NCBI GenBank assembly: GCA_024704765.1
Contig: JAKMXF010000022.1
Location: 376,981-440,980, forward strand
DNA: 64,000 nucleotides
Direction of reading: 5' to 3'
Origin: Oopsacas minuta
Lineage: Eukaryota > Animalia > Porifera
Position numbers and translations under genes: made by a program. How positions within the stretch are numbered: the first letter of the stretch is position 1; each line of letters begins with the position of its first letter. Positions 11,489 through 23,600 of the stretch are shown piece after piece. Below the pieces are notes generated by a model that saw nothing but the letters and a program-made list of their open reading frames with translations, made no database searches and had not been told where the DNA came from.

Positions 11489-12721
11489 TCAACTCTCAGT
11501 AGAATCGTCCTTCAAATCTGAAATAGATTTTTCCTGTGAATAATCTTCACTCTTGGCAAGAACATTGAACCTAGCTAGATTAATACAAATTTTGTTATGA
11601 TTTAACTCCAACAAATTCACAAAAGTATATCCAAACGATATCTCCGCGCCCCTATATGATGTCATTACCTGTGTAGTAGACCCTGTACCCTCTACAATAC
11701 CCTCTAACACTACAACTATCTCGAAATTATCTTGTCTCAATTGTATGGGAGATATCTTGAAGAGGGGACTAGAGGGATTGATCTCATGGCAAACCTCTGA
11801 TGGTAAAATCAGCTGTAACCGGTCAATACCTTCATCATACCCAACATCTAAGTTATTACAGTCATAATGAATCCCATTTTTACCTGCTGCATCGCTGAGA
11901 TAGAACAGAAATAGTTTTACGTGTGGTTCTACTAGTTTAACCTTCCTGATATCTGTAACACGAAACTTAAACCACCATCTGTCATTCCTATCTCTACATA
12001 CACAAGCTTTACTACTAAAAAGAATGGTTGCTTTACGTCGGTAAGGTCTAGATATTTTCGTGACAATAAGCGCGAGGTAGAAAGCATCTATAAATAACCC
12101 TGCAATCGTCTGAGTGAAGAGAATCAAGAAATCTGGAATACAACTATAATCAGACCTAGGATAACGATGTCCGAAACCAATAGTAGACTGTACTTCTATC
12201 GATAAGAAAAAAGCCGAAAGTGGATCGTCAACTCCCTGTACACATGTGGTATTTTTATCATCATGGTCTGGAATAAAAGAAGCACCATACCAGAAAATCC
12301 CGAACATTAGATAACTAAAAATATATGTGAATATTATTAGCAAAATAAATACCCACCACTTGCAGTCTATCAGTGTAGTGTACACATCGAAAACATATGC
12401 CTTACCTCTCTGAGAGTTTGAACTCTTAAGTAAAACTCCAGATGTTCCATTCTTGTGTACCAATCGGTTTGGGAGGTGTGTGTGTGTTGGTACACTTAAT
12501 GATGAGTTTATTGAACCCCCCCTGTATTTACTATCCATTACATACTCATTGTTATGAACTGAGTGTAATGAGAACCTAGTTTGTGTCTGATCGGTATTAG
12601 CTTTGAATTGAACATTCGAAAGACTAGATTCTGATTCAATCAGGGGCTCACTGCAGGCCATGCTAGAATACTGCCTCACACTATAATCACACAGAATAGA
12701 TTGCTCGTCAATATAACGCAT
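11489..12721 (-). CDS. KCNJ-like: Inward-rectifier K+ channel (Kir), intronless
   Basis: VYTTLIDCKWW slide helix, two TMs, pore IEVQSTIGFG, two extracellular Cys, cytoplasmic FEIVVVLEGIVEGTG. Confidence 0.96.
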   Translation of the reverse strand: MRYIDEQSILCDYSVRQYSSMACSEPLIESESSLSNVQFKANTDQTQTRFSLHSVHNNEYVMDSKYRGGSINSSLSVPTHTHLPNRLVHKNGTSGVLLKSSNSQRGKAYVFDVYTTLIDCKWWVFILLIIFTYIFSYLMFGIFWYGASFIPDHDDKNTTCVQGVDDPLSAFFLSIEVQSTIGFGHRYPRSDYSCIPDFLILFTQTIAGLFIDAFYLALIVTKISRPYRRKATILFSSKACVCRDRNDRWWFKFRVTDIRKVKLVEPHVKLFLFYLSDAAGKNGIHYDCNNLDVGYDEGIDRLQLILPSEVCHEINPSSPLFKISPIQLRQDNFEIVVVLEGIVEGTGSTTQVMTSYRGAEISFGYTFVNLLELNHNKICINLARFNVLAKSEDYSQEKSISDLKDDSTES

Positions 12722-12890
12722 ATCAAAACGAATATTCTATTCCCATATAAATACAATATATAACTTAATATAACTAGAATGATCTAATAAATAAAATACC
12801 TAAATAAATTGTATTTAATACAGTCACTACAAATCAATGTATAAATGTATAAAATTGTGCTTTCACATACTATACATAAATTCATTAACA

Positions 12891-14357
12891 TCAGGGTGGT
12901 GTAATATTGACATTAATAACTTGATCATCAGCTGACTCGTGGGTTATGGTTATAATATCAACATTTCGTACAACAGTATATTTGATGTCAGTTGCCACTA
13001 TCACTTTTGGGTTACCGCTATAGTGTCTATTAGTATTCACATAGATTTGTGTCGTAGTGTCGGGAATGTGTTGACGAGTTCTATACACTAAATTAAATTC
13101 GGAATCTTTCGAATTGAAAGAAATGCTCTCAACCTCTCCAGCTACAACCAGAGGGTAGCTTCGACTTAAAATGTCAGAAATCTTCTGATTAACCTCTCCA
13201 GTCTCAGGGTCGAACAGTCCTGAACAGTCCCCAGTAATATTTCCGTATAGTTTGTACATCCAACCTGTCCATGATTGTTTGTACTCGTCACAAGCATTCA
13301 AAACCTTTTCTATTAGGTCAGCTCCATTCCCACAGATTGCGTACTCTGTTAGGAAACCGCCACATTTTAGTTTTTCAAGATCTGCCATTCTAACTTCAAA
13401 CTGTTCCTTAACAAATGGCATATCAGGTGGTACATAATAATGGTATGATAGGACACTTCTGTTCCGGTACAGGTCCCCTCCTGGTACCTCTTTGAACCCT
13501 GTACCTAAATCCGCCCAGGTTACCGGTTCAAACATTATCACATGGTTCTGATCAACTTCTCTGATAGCAGAGCTCAGCTTTTGATAAAGTGGTGCCAGAT
13601 TTCTGAGGTCAGCTTCACCAGGATCCACTAGCCATGGTTTAGTGTACAAGTCTCCTAACCAAGGTTCATTTATCAGCTCATAACCTATAACAGATTTATG
13701 GTCTTTGAATTCAGAAGCAGTTTTCTTCCAAAACCCTGCTAGACTGTCTAAAATTCCGTCTGTGTTATCGTAGATATTCTGGAATGCAGCTCCTGCAGCT
13801 GTCGTAGCGTAGTATTCAGCCCAGAGATGTTCTAAACAATTTGTTTTATTTGGGATTTGTTCCATACTTGAAAAACTGAAAGGAAAAGGAAATTTCGAAG
13901 CATTTCCTGTATTTATAGCCCAGCTAGGAGCCCCTTCCCCACAGAACTTTTCAGATAGCACATCTTGATGCATATCGAGTATCGTATAAATATTGTATTT
14001 ATAAGCTTTGTCTACTATAGATCGAATCGCCTCGTAGTAAGTCTCATTAAATTGGCCTTTCTGAGGCTCCGCCCCCGGCCACATTAATCCAAGTCGGATT
14101 ACATTGAGGCCGAGTCCCGAGAGTATCTTCATGTCCTTCTCCACGAAGGAGTGGATTGGGTTGAAGGAATCAGTCCTAGGGACATAGGGAGGAACTTTAT
14201 ATACAACATTGACTCCATGGAAATATACCTCACGGCCAAACTTGTCGATTAGACGTTTTGTTTCAGGATTGACACTTATGGAGCCAAGGTTTTGAAGAGT
14301 TGCAGCAAGCGATATGCCCAGTGTTAAGAAGAATAAAATGTAGATTTCCTGATTCAT
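12891..14357 (-). CDS. Secreted endoglycoceramidase-like GH5 glycosidase, intronless
   Basis: Signal peptide; GREVYFHGVNVVYK, ILDMHQD, acid/base YELINEP, nucleophile FLTEY; C-terminal LSRSYP beta-sandwich. Confidence 0.9.
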   Translation of the reverse strand: MNQEIYILFFLTLGISLAATLQNLGSISVNPETKRLIDKFGREVYFHGVNVVYKVPPYVPRTDSFNPIHSFVEKDMKILSGLGLNVIRLGLMWPGAEPQKGQFNETYYEAIRSIVDKAYKYNIYTILDMHQDVLSEKFCGEGAPSWAINTGNASKFPFPFSFSSMEQIPNKTNCLEHLWAEYYATTAAGAAFQNIYDNTDGILDSLAGFWKKTASEFKDHKSVIGYELINEPWLGDLYTKPWLVDPGEADLRNLAPLYQKLSSAIREVDQNHVIMFEPVTWADLGTGFKEVPGGDLYRNRSVLSYHYYVPPDMPFVKEQFEVRMADLEKLKCGGFLTEYAICGNGADLIEKVLNACDEYKQSWTGWMYKLYGNITGDCSGLFDPETGEVNQKISDILSRSYPLVVAGEVESISFNSKDSEFNLVYRTRQHIPDTTTQIYVNTNRHYSGNPKVIVATDIKYTVVRNVDIITITHESADDQVINVNITPP

Positions 14358-14390
14358 TTATATTTCTACATCAATACACCTTATTGTGAA

Positions 14391-14981
14391 AGTACTGAGA
14401 GTATTACTCATAAGGGACCGAGAGCATCTTCACTATTCAGCATATACATATAAAGTCGAGCCTAACCAGGTTTTGCTGTGCGGGCCTTCTACGGACCTGC
14501 GGATTAGTATATTCGAGGGCCTACAAAAATTTTCAGATACCATATATTAATATTAGGCCCCTACTACAAGCCCTTAGCTAAGCCTCTACTTGTATATATT
14601 GGTTGTAGTACAGTATTATTGGATTTAATGTGACACTATTCTAAGTGGTATTTCAGATTTCTACCTTGCTTTGATGTCAAGGAATGCTTCTGGATTGTGT
14701 CCAGATGTTTTAACTACACGTTAGTTGTGATTCTGGGTATTTTTAGCGCGATAAAAGGGAGTTGAATGAGATATTTGTGGAATTAGCGAGGATATTGGAT
14801 GTAATTCGTAAGTGGAGTATTATTGCATTTCATGAAGCTATTTTCTAATTGTTTCTAGAATTTTTCATTGGAATACTCCACGGACCTGTGTGGATTTGAT
14901 CATGCGTATTAGGCTCGGTGGGCTGTGCTTGCTTGGCTTTTTATTATATGCTCAGTACTTAGTGAGCATACTCTCAGTACT
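14391..14981. mobile_element. MITE-like element (~590 bp), TA-flanked TIRs
   Basis: Perfect 14-bp inverted repeat agtactgagagtat (14391) / atactctcagtact (14968-14981). Confidence 0.5.
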
Positions 14982-16252
14982 GTTTGATACCTACAATACA
15001 ATGGGTTGTTAAATGTAATTTGGTGTTAAAGTACAGCTTGTTTCTATTAATTTGTTAGACCTACCATGCAAAAACCGTTTTAGACCAGAGGTTTCCTAAT
15101 TTGACGATCTGGCCAGCCCTAGTTAGTTATAGTTTCAAGGCCAGGAAAACGACCATTTTATCAAATAAAACTCGTTCCGTGAGGCCAAGAACGGATGTTT
15201 AAAGGTGCATAATATTTTGCCAGTGTTGATAAATTTGAATTTTCAGAAAATTTTATTTTTGAGTGAACTAGTGTTTTCAGAATTTCAGAGTTGGAATTGG
15301 TTCACTTTTCAGAGGATTGGAACTGGACCCGAAAACCAGAACCCAATTTCAATACCCTGTTTGTTATAACAAAGTGCTCGAGAACTTAAATTCATTTGGT
15401 TATAAACGGAATCTAGTGTAAACCGAGTAAAATCAGTTATTTTCAAGATATGGGGTTAAAGAGTCACTTCGTTATAACGGGGGGAGTTTTGAAACCGTTG
15501 AAACCCGATATTTTGCACATAATTCCACGAAAGATTTATTAAATTTATATACTAGCTATTTGGTACTTGTCTTCACAATCTAACTTTAAAATTTAGTCAC
15601 TTGCTCGCAGTTGCATTTATATACTATATGTATGGCATAGCTTCTGATAACTAATCCAGATGAGTTAATTAAAGCAGCCGTACGGTTAGTATGTAATTCA
15701 AGAAACCTACTTTTGACAACAAATAGCAAATCCTAACAATTTATGAGAATAATTTATCAATTGAACAATGTTATGTTTTATAGGAATTCTGTGTAAATAT
15801 TTAGTGCCTATTTTAACGATGCCATTGTATGTGAAGTCATAGGTTCAGGCACATGCTAAGATCAAATTCAACAAATGTGTTAATGTTAAATTGTTAACCA
15901 TGCATAGTGATAGTGTCCCAGCAACTACTTTTTCTACAATTAATATTATGAATAACGATTAAATTTGTAAATTGTTTGCAATCAGAAGCGCGCTCCGGTG
16001 TAAGTGTCCACTCATCCTAAAACAGAGCGGGCTCCACCTTCCGCTCCTTTAATGCTCTGGCCAAATGGCGAATTACGATCCCACCTATCTCTAAGCGTTA
16101 AAAAGCGGTTGTTTACCGAGTATATATTGCAGTAAATGCACCAAACGGTTAATCCGCCAAATTTGTAACGGAGAAGTGGCGGTTCTTTATCTACTCTATA
16201 AATTTGATATAATACTATTATTGATAAAATTGATTACTATTCAGACGAACTA

Positions 16253-17290
16253 ATGTCAGACAGCCCTGGACCTGTTCCCAAAAAGCCCGGACGGCCACCA
16301 CTTAAAGCGACCCACTTTTATAGTCAAAAACCTACCCCAGATGGTCTTAGCCAGCCACCATGTCCTCCCACTAAAGTAATAATACCTCGACAACGTAAAC
16401 TTCCGTTTGGCCGCATTTCCCCACCTGAAGCTAGAACAAATATCAACAGACTAAACGGTATTCACAGGACTGGATCTCTCGGATCTCTAGACCGATCTCT
16501 AAATTATTTCGCCTCTCCTCGCCTATTCCCTCCCAGCCCCATTCTACCCCATTCCCATATCAGAACATCTCCCTTGGTATCCTCGAGTCCTAGTGACTGT
16601 AATAGCGTTCAGATAAAGCCTGAGTCTGTCCGCAAGTCCAAACGACCTAGACCTATTCGCTCTGCTTCTCTCGATTCTGAGGATTCTCCAAGAGGTATAA
16701 CGAATGATCAAACAGAACCTTCTTATCCTCTCGAATCACTTAATCCTCTACCTCCACCTCTACCGATTGAAGCTCCTATCAAATTCTCTCCTCTTAACAA
16801 CATCTCGCACAGTCGACGGGTATCAATAGAGGATGAAGATGACGAGATCGCTCTCGCCTTGAATGGACTCACGATAGCAGATCAACCCGAGGTATGTCCT
16901 GATGGTCACGTAGCTCCACCCCCAACAGTAAAAAGGGTGCAATCAGCTGGACCTTTCATTTCCCCGCGAAAAAGGCTAGACACATCTGCTATCGTGATGT
17001 CAGCACGAGCCTCTACAGGATACGCTTGCTCCTCATCACCTGATCTCAGACCTCAAACTTTCTTCAGAGGACACTCTTCTAGTCCAAGGTGTCTCTTCAA
17101 TCACGAGCCTCCAAGAAACGCCATCAGCGTTGAGATGCGTATGGCTAGCATATCAGCTGTCCAGATTCAAGCCCCTGATCCTCGTAAAGTTGGTGTTGTG
17201 CTAACTGGTGCTGGGTTTGCGTCTGCAGCTTCTGCATTCAAACCGATTCATCAAATTCAAGACGGCAAGCCAATCACTCTTTCTACATAA
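16253..17290 (+). CDS. Uncharacterised Pro/Ser-rich, probably disordered protein (345 aa)
   Basis: Long GC-richer uninterrupted ORF with many SP/TP sites and basic patches; no recognised domain. Confidence 0.65.
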   Translation: MSDSPGPVPKKPGRPPLKATHFYSQKPTPDGLSQPPCPPTKVIIPRQRKLPFGRISPPEARTNINRLNGIHRTGSLGSLDRSLNYFASPRLFPPSPILPHSHIRTSPLVSSSPSDCNSVQIKPESVRKSKRPRPIRSASLDSEDSPRGITNDQTEPSYPLESLNPLPPPLPIEAPIKFSPLNNISHSRRVSIEDEDDEIALALNGLTIADQPEVCPDGHVAPPPTVKRVQSAGPFISPRKRLDTSAIVMSARASTGYACSSSPDLRPQTFFRGHSSSPRCLFNHEPPRNAISVEMRMASISAVQIQAPDPRKVGVVLTGAGFASAASAFKPIHQIQDGKPITLST

Positions 17291-17600
17291 TTCTCTTACC
17301 TCTACTTTGTTAAATATTATTATTCTTGAATTATCAAAATTGTCATTATTGATAACTTATTTTTGAGTTAATAATATAAACCTGTAACCTGATGCTGTAA
17401 TCTGACACACATCAGTTACACTCTTCACTTCAATACTTATTGGTTTATCCACTCTAAAATTCTGCACATCTAAGGAATCATTTTGAGTCAGATTGATTAC
17501 AATTAGAAATTGGTCGGCGATGTTAAGTGACTGTTTAAGCACATAAACATATAACTTTAAGTTAAAAATTATCTAATTAGATAGCTGATGTAGGTATATA

Positions 17601-20600
17601 ATGGCTGAATACAGACAAGCACTAATTGGAAGTGAGTGAATGATATATAATATGTAATCACTGTGATAATATTTATTTCATTTATCTGATTCAATTCAAT
17701 AGGATCTGCCGGTCAGAGAGTTCCACCACTAATTAACGTTATCATCAGCACACTGAAAAATTATCCAGATGGAAGTCAGATTCTTAAGGTGAGAGTTTTT
17801 TACTTGTAGAGAATACTGGTATTATCTATTGTTTTTAGGAACTACTTCAAAATGCAGATGACGCACATGCTACAGAAGTTCATTTCTTATTAGATGAAAC
17901 ACAACATGGAACTGAATTCCTACTACACCCTGACGTTGCTAAGTACCAGGGTCCTGCACTTTATGCCTGGAATAATGCAGTATTTGACGATGAAGATTGG
18001 GAAGGAATTCAGAATATTAGCATTAGTCACAAAGAGAAGAAGTTACTCAAAGTTGGAAGATTTGCTTTAGGATTCATTTCAGTCTATCATATTACGGGTG
18101 TGTAATTTCGAGTTATTTATCAATGAAGAAGTGAAATTAATATATATTTCTCTTAATAGACTTTCCTTGTATTCTCAGCAACGACAATGCTCTTCTGCTA
18201 GATCCCCACATGATTATTGACAGAACTGGAGGACTGTTGATTGGATTGGATCAGTTTACATCTGATGCTACTCTTCCTAATCTTAAGAACCATCTTGATT
18301 GTTTCAATGGATATTTCGGTTATGATGGTAGTGACCATTACAATGGTACAATATTCCGATTTCCCTTAAGAACAGGCAAATATACAACTCTCCTACCAGA
18401 TAATAAATATGATTCAGAAAAGGTTCTAGAATCTTTGTTCGATCCTTTCAAAAATGAGATTGAGAATTGTCTCCTATTTATGAAGAACTTAAATAGAATC
18501 CGTGTATCTGTTAAGGATCATTCAGGCTTAATTAGACAACTTTATTCAGTTGAAATTTCCCCTAATGTGTACCGAGAAAGGCTAGGAAAACAGAGACAAG
18601 AGATATTTGAGTTTGTACAACATGAGAAATACTTGAAATTTTCTAAAATCTTTATTTCCATCTTCCCAATATCTTCTATTAGTCAGGATCTTTCTACAAC
18701 TCTTAAGCTCTGGCTTGTAGTTAACATACTCGGTTTGCCAGATGGTGTATTAACATTAACTTATCGTAGACTATCTGATTCCTACTTGCCTTGGGTAGCA
18801 ATCGCTGTTCCTCTACCTTACAGCGAGGATATATTTTCTTGCCTTAAATATGGGAATTGTTGGTCCCTTCAATTTGATAAGATTGACCAAATTTTCAATT
18901 TTATTGCAATACACTTACCTACTATCAATTTGTCAAATACAACATTTGACTTTACTGGGAATATATTCTGTTTCCTCCCAATCGCAGCTAGTTCAAAATT
19001 GCCATTTCACGTACAAGGCTACTTTGCTCTAAGCACAAATCGTCGTTCTATTAAGTGGCCGAGATATGACGACATGAGCGATGAAGCTAAATGGAATAAA
19101 CACCTTGTGGAGAGTTTAAGTACAATCTGCTATGCAGTACTTGTATATTTCAGTGTATCTAAATTCCGAAGTGAGTACGGCGTATCAACTTTCATCTACA
19201 ACTTATGGTCATGTTTGCCTCCAGGTAGTGAGCATGATCAGTTACAAGCTGTACTACATAACGGTGCCTTGTCTCTGCTACAAGACAGACCTTTGGCATT
19301 TAGAACAAACGATATGAAATGGTGTCCACTCGAATCTGCGTATTTTCTTCCGTCTCCTTTCACAAATTGCAGTATTGTTCATGAAAAGGTCTGTAACGAA
19401 TTTCTTATTTCTCTGTCTCAACCAGTAGTTGAAGTTCCAGTTAATATAGCCCAAGTTTTGATTCATTACCAGTTTCTGAGACCTAAAATTCAAATCCTAT
19501 CTCCAAATTTGATAAGACAATTTTTGCTTAATTATAAGGGAAAAGAGTGTTTAATTGATTTCTTACGAGACAATGATAACGTAATTCCCCTATTAGAAGT
19601 TGTTCTTTCAGATCTCAATTACTCTTCACAGGATATATCTTCAACACTTAATGGAATTCAATTAATACCTATATGCAATTCAGATTTGCCTCATGCATTT
19701 GGTGGTTCTAACGTATTTATTAGCAGTCAACCTCAGAAAATCATGAAACTATTCCCTGGACTTGAGACTGTTTTCGTTGAGCCAGAAATTCCTTCTCATA
19801 TTTATTCTTCTCTATTAAAATTGTGTGACATTAAGAATGTGAATCTAGTTAATATTACGGATTTGAAAAGTAGACCTCAACTATTTTTTCAGTTCCTAAA
19901 GCGTTCAATGGAATCTAAATTCGTAATAGAATCAAATGTGAAGTGGACACCTGGGGTTAATAACCAACCAGAGAAACAATGGATTAAGTCCGTGTGGGAG
20001 TTTATTAACGAAGAATCCCCACTAATTGAAATTCTAAAACAACACAAATTACCAATTTTCCCAAAACAAAATGTATCCTCAGCTTCTAAAATTGATCTCC
20101 TCTCACTCAGTATAAATGCTATGCCTTATATTAAACTGAGTGGTGTGAATGCTTACTCAGAGATTGAGAGTATGTTAGCTTCTAGTGGCTGTCATATTTG
20201 TTACAAGAATCAATTTATCTTAAATTACAGTCGATTTGTTATGTCAGCCCTACCAAAGGGTCTCTTTCCATTACTACGACTAAGGGACATTCGTGATAAA
20301 TTCATTAGCAATTTATCAAATGCTGATACTCCAACTCGAGAATCTTTGATTAATATTGTTTTGAATAGCGAACCTACCAGCAGTAGTGACAAAAACACAC
20401 TCAAATTGTTCCCCATTTTCATTTCCATATCAAATCATTGGATTAAGATTGATAACATCCTATTCGTCATACCTCATAATTCTATCCCTAAAGATATCAG
20501 TTTCTATCCCAGCAATTTTCTTAGCCCTTTTCACAAGACCAATGTGAATTTATGTGCCCTAATTAACATACATCCTCTTTCTCTTGATGATACAGTTCTC

Positions 20601-23600
20601 AAATATTTGCTGCCATTGATTGTTGATTGTAAAAATATTCATTCACAGCGAGAAGTTCTAACACTTTGGTTTTTTAACAATTTACACTCTTTTAGCCGAA
20701 ATACATCCAATAAATTATCCACTGCAAAATGGCTCTGTGATTCTACTATAAATACTAATTCAGCCACCCAACTCAAGCTATATTCTCCAGTTGAACTATA
20801 TGATCCACAAGATAAGCATTTGTGTAGATTGTTAAGTACAGAATTGCAGGGAATATTTCCCAATGCTATCTATAAGGATTATTATCAGATGTTGAGAAAT
20901 CTGGGAATGCGATCTTGTGCGAATATTACGAATCTCTCTGCTATGATTACTATTATATTGCGCAAAGTTCCTACCGTAGGCTATTCAGATTGGGTGAATT
21001 CTCTCTTGCATCTATTAAGTCAGCATTTTGATAAGATAGAACACGACAACCACTTCTGGAGTGTATTTACACCGAGTTATTTCTTGTTATCTTCATCGAG
21101 TTCCCAATGTAGTTCTTATCCAACCTTTTTACCATATTTTACTCATATCAATGCATTTTGTAAACCTCAAGAAGTTACATTATGTTCACAGGCTGATTCT
21201 AGTTTAATTGCAGGTGTGACTCCTGTATTGATTGTGGAACCCAATAAAATGGAGAAATACAAGAAAATATATAAATGCATGGGAATAAAGACCATAATTT
21301 CACCAGAACTAGTTTGCAAGCAGTTTACACTCATTGTAGCAGCTGTTACAAACAATGATTCTTATTTAAGTAGTAAAGAAGTGCAATTACTCGTAAATAG
21401 AATATACACATATTTAGGACAACTACTGTCATCGAATCCTGATATATCACGGAATATCCAATTACCTAAAAATTGTATTTTTATCCCAAAGTTGGGTTTC
21501 TTATGTCCAGATCGATTTGCTCTATCTTGTGACAGTTGTGTATTTCCTTACATTATTTCTGTCGACAAACAATATTTCCTTTCGGATGTTAACTTATCAG
21601 AATTCTTCAAATTTTTGAAGGTTGATAAATGCCTCAATTTTCAAAAATATCAGTCCATACTGAATCAACTCCAATGCAATCATCTTTCTGAAGATCAGAT
21701 CGATTTAGCTCTCTCAGTTATTCAATATTCACATAGAATAGCTCGACATGAATTTGGAGGCATAAATGCATACTATATCCTGGCTCAGAATTCTATGATT
21801 TATCCTGCAAGAGAATGTATATTCAATGATTTATCATGGTTGCAACGTTCCGATTTATCAACTGCAAGACCTTTAGTCCATTCGAGTATTTCCAATCAAA
21901 TAGCCAGTGACTTTGGCTGTCTTCCTGCTAGTACAGCATTGGTTCCCACTGCACAGTGTATCTCATATACTTCTGCCTTAGGATGTGGTCAGAGTGAAGA
22001 CATAGTCGCTCGACTGAATGGAATACTCAAAGGATATCGTATGCATATGGATGTATTTAATGAGCTTATTCAGAACTCAGATGATGCAGGTGCACACACA
22101 GTTAAAATCCTATTTGACTTTACAACACACACTTCTGTGTCTGTATTAGATCCAGCCATTAAGGATATCCATGGTCCTGCTCTATACTTTTACAATGACG
22201 CTATGTTCTCGGAAACAGATTTTAAAAGCATTTTGAAGCTCTCTTCTGGGAACAAATTAAACAGTACAGACAAAATTGGTAGATTTGGTATTGGATTTAA
22301 TGCAGTATATAACTTCACAGATTGTCCAAGTTTTGTAAGCGATCGATACGTTCAAATATTTGATCCTCTCCAAAAGTATTTAGGATCCTTTAAACGTTCT
22401 TCTGGTGTGAAGTTTACCTTTGTTGACGATTCAGTCACGGTCATATATAAGGATCAGTTTAAAGTGTATGATAAATTATTTGATTGTAACATTTTGGAAA
22501 AGTCCCATACAAATATACTCTCTTTCGGTTGCCCTTTCGTCTTACTCCAAGTGACCTGTCTTATCAAACATACCGTCGGGAAGACATTATTAAGATCCAA
22601 GAACTAGCTCAACAGGAGATTTCTAAAACGATGCTTTTCTTGCAAAATATTGTTTGCATTGAAATTTACGAGAGAACTACAGATAGAATCAAACTACTTC
22701 AAACAGTAACTAAAAAAAATGATTGTAAAACTACACATTTCATTCAAAATAATCTTGAATATTTTCATAATTACTTACAGTTGGTGGATAGACCAAATAC
22801 GATTATTACTTCCTCAGACACAATATCTATAATTTCTAAATCTGAAGCTGAGCATTCTAAGCAAGATTTCCTAATTTCCTATGCTAGTGGAACTTTAGCT
22901 TGTTTTGACGTTTTACAGAGATTCAAAACCTCATCAGTCGACGTTACATTCCTACCACTGTGTGGAGTTGCTATTCCATTACAATATCTGGAACATATCC
23001 CAGATATACCGATTTGCGGTTTATATACGTTTTTACCTCTGCCCATTAAGAGTCCTCTTTTTCTTAACATTAATGGTTACTTTTCGCTTTCTGATTCAAG
23101 AAAGAACTTATGTGACGCTATAACAAGTCAGAGTAACTATACAAATTACCAAGATCTACCCACTGAGTGGAATTTTGCTTTAATAAATGATGCTCTACCA
23201 AACGCTTTGATCTGTGCTCTCAACAGTTTACCCAAAATCAATTCCACTAATTTCTATAATAATTATTTGTCTCTATGGACTAATACAACTAGCACTGAGT
23301 TATTGTGGAAATCTTTCCCTCTAAATCTTGCCAAACGAATTATGCAATCACCTGCCTGTATATTTTCTTGTGCTCAATCTCCTACCATCTGGGTTGCATT
23401 TAGAGACGTATCTTTTCTATTTCTTGAGCTTTCCTTGAAAACAAATGCTCCCTTTATTCAATGTATTTATGAATTATTTATTAAAAAAGGTATAAGATTA
23501 GCAAATGCTTCGCATTCATTTTTCTCCACAGATTTATATAAAGCATTCTCAGAGCTTGCACCTCAGAAGATATTTGATCTTGAGAGAATTATCAAAACTG

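Noticed and set aside
12891-14357. Bacterial horizontal transfer of the intronless EGCase
   Set aside because: Animal homologues are known, composition matches the host, and many native genes here are intronless.
17357-17542. 61-aa minus-strand ORF between the orphan and sacsin
   Set aside because: No motif or paralogue; insufficient support.
22502-22551. 50-nt GT-AG intron that would also restore the sacsin frame
   Set aside because: Donor GTCCCA is non-consensus and splicing would delete the conserved TLFRLP motif.
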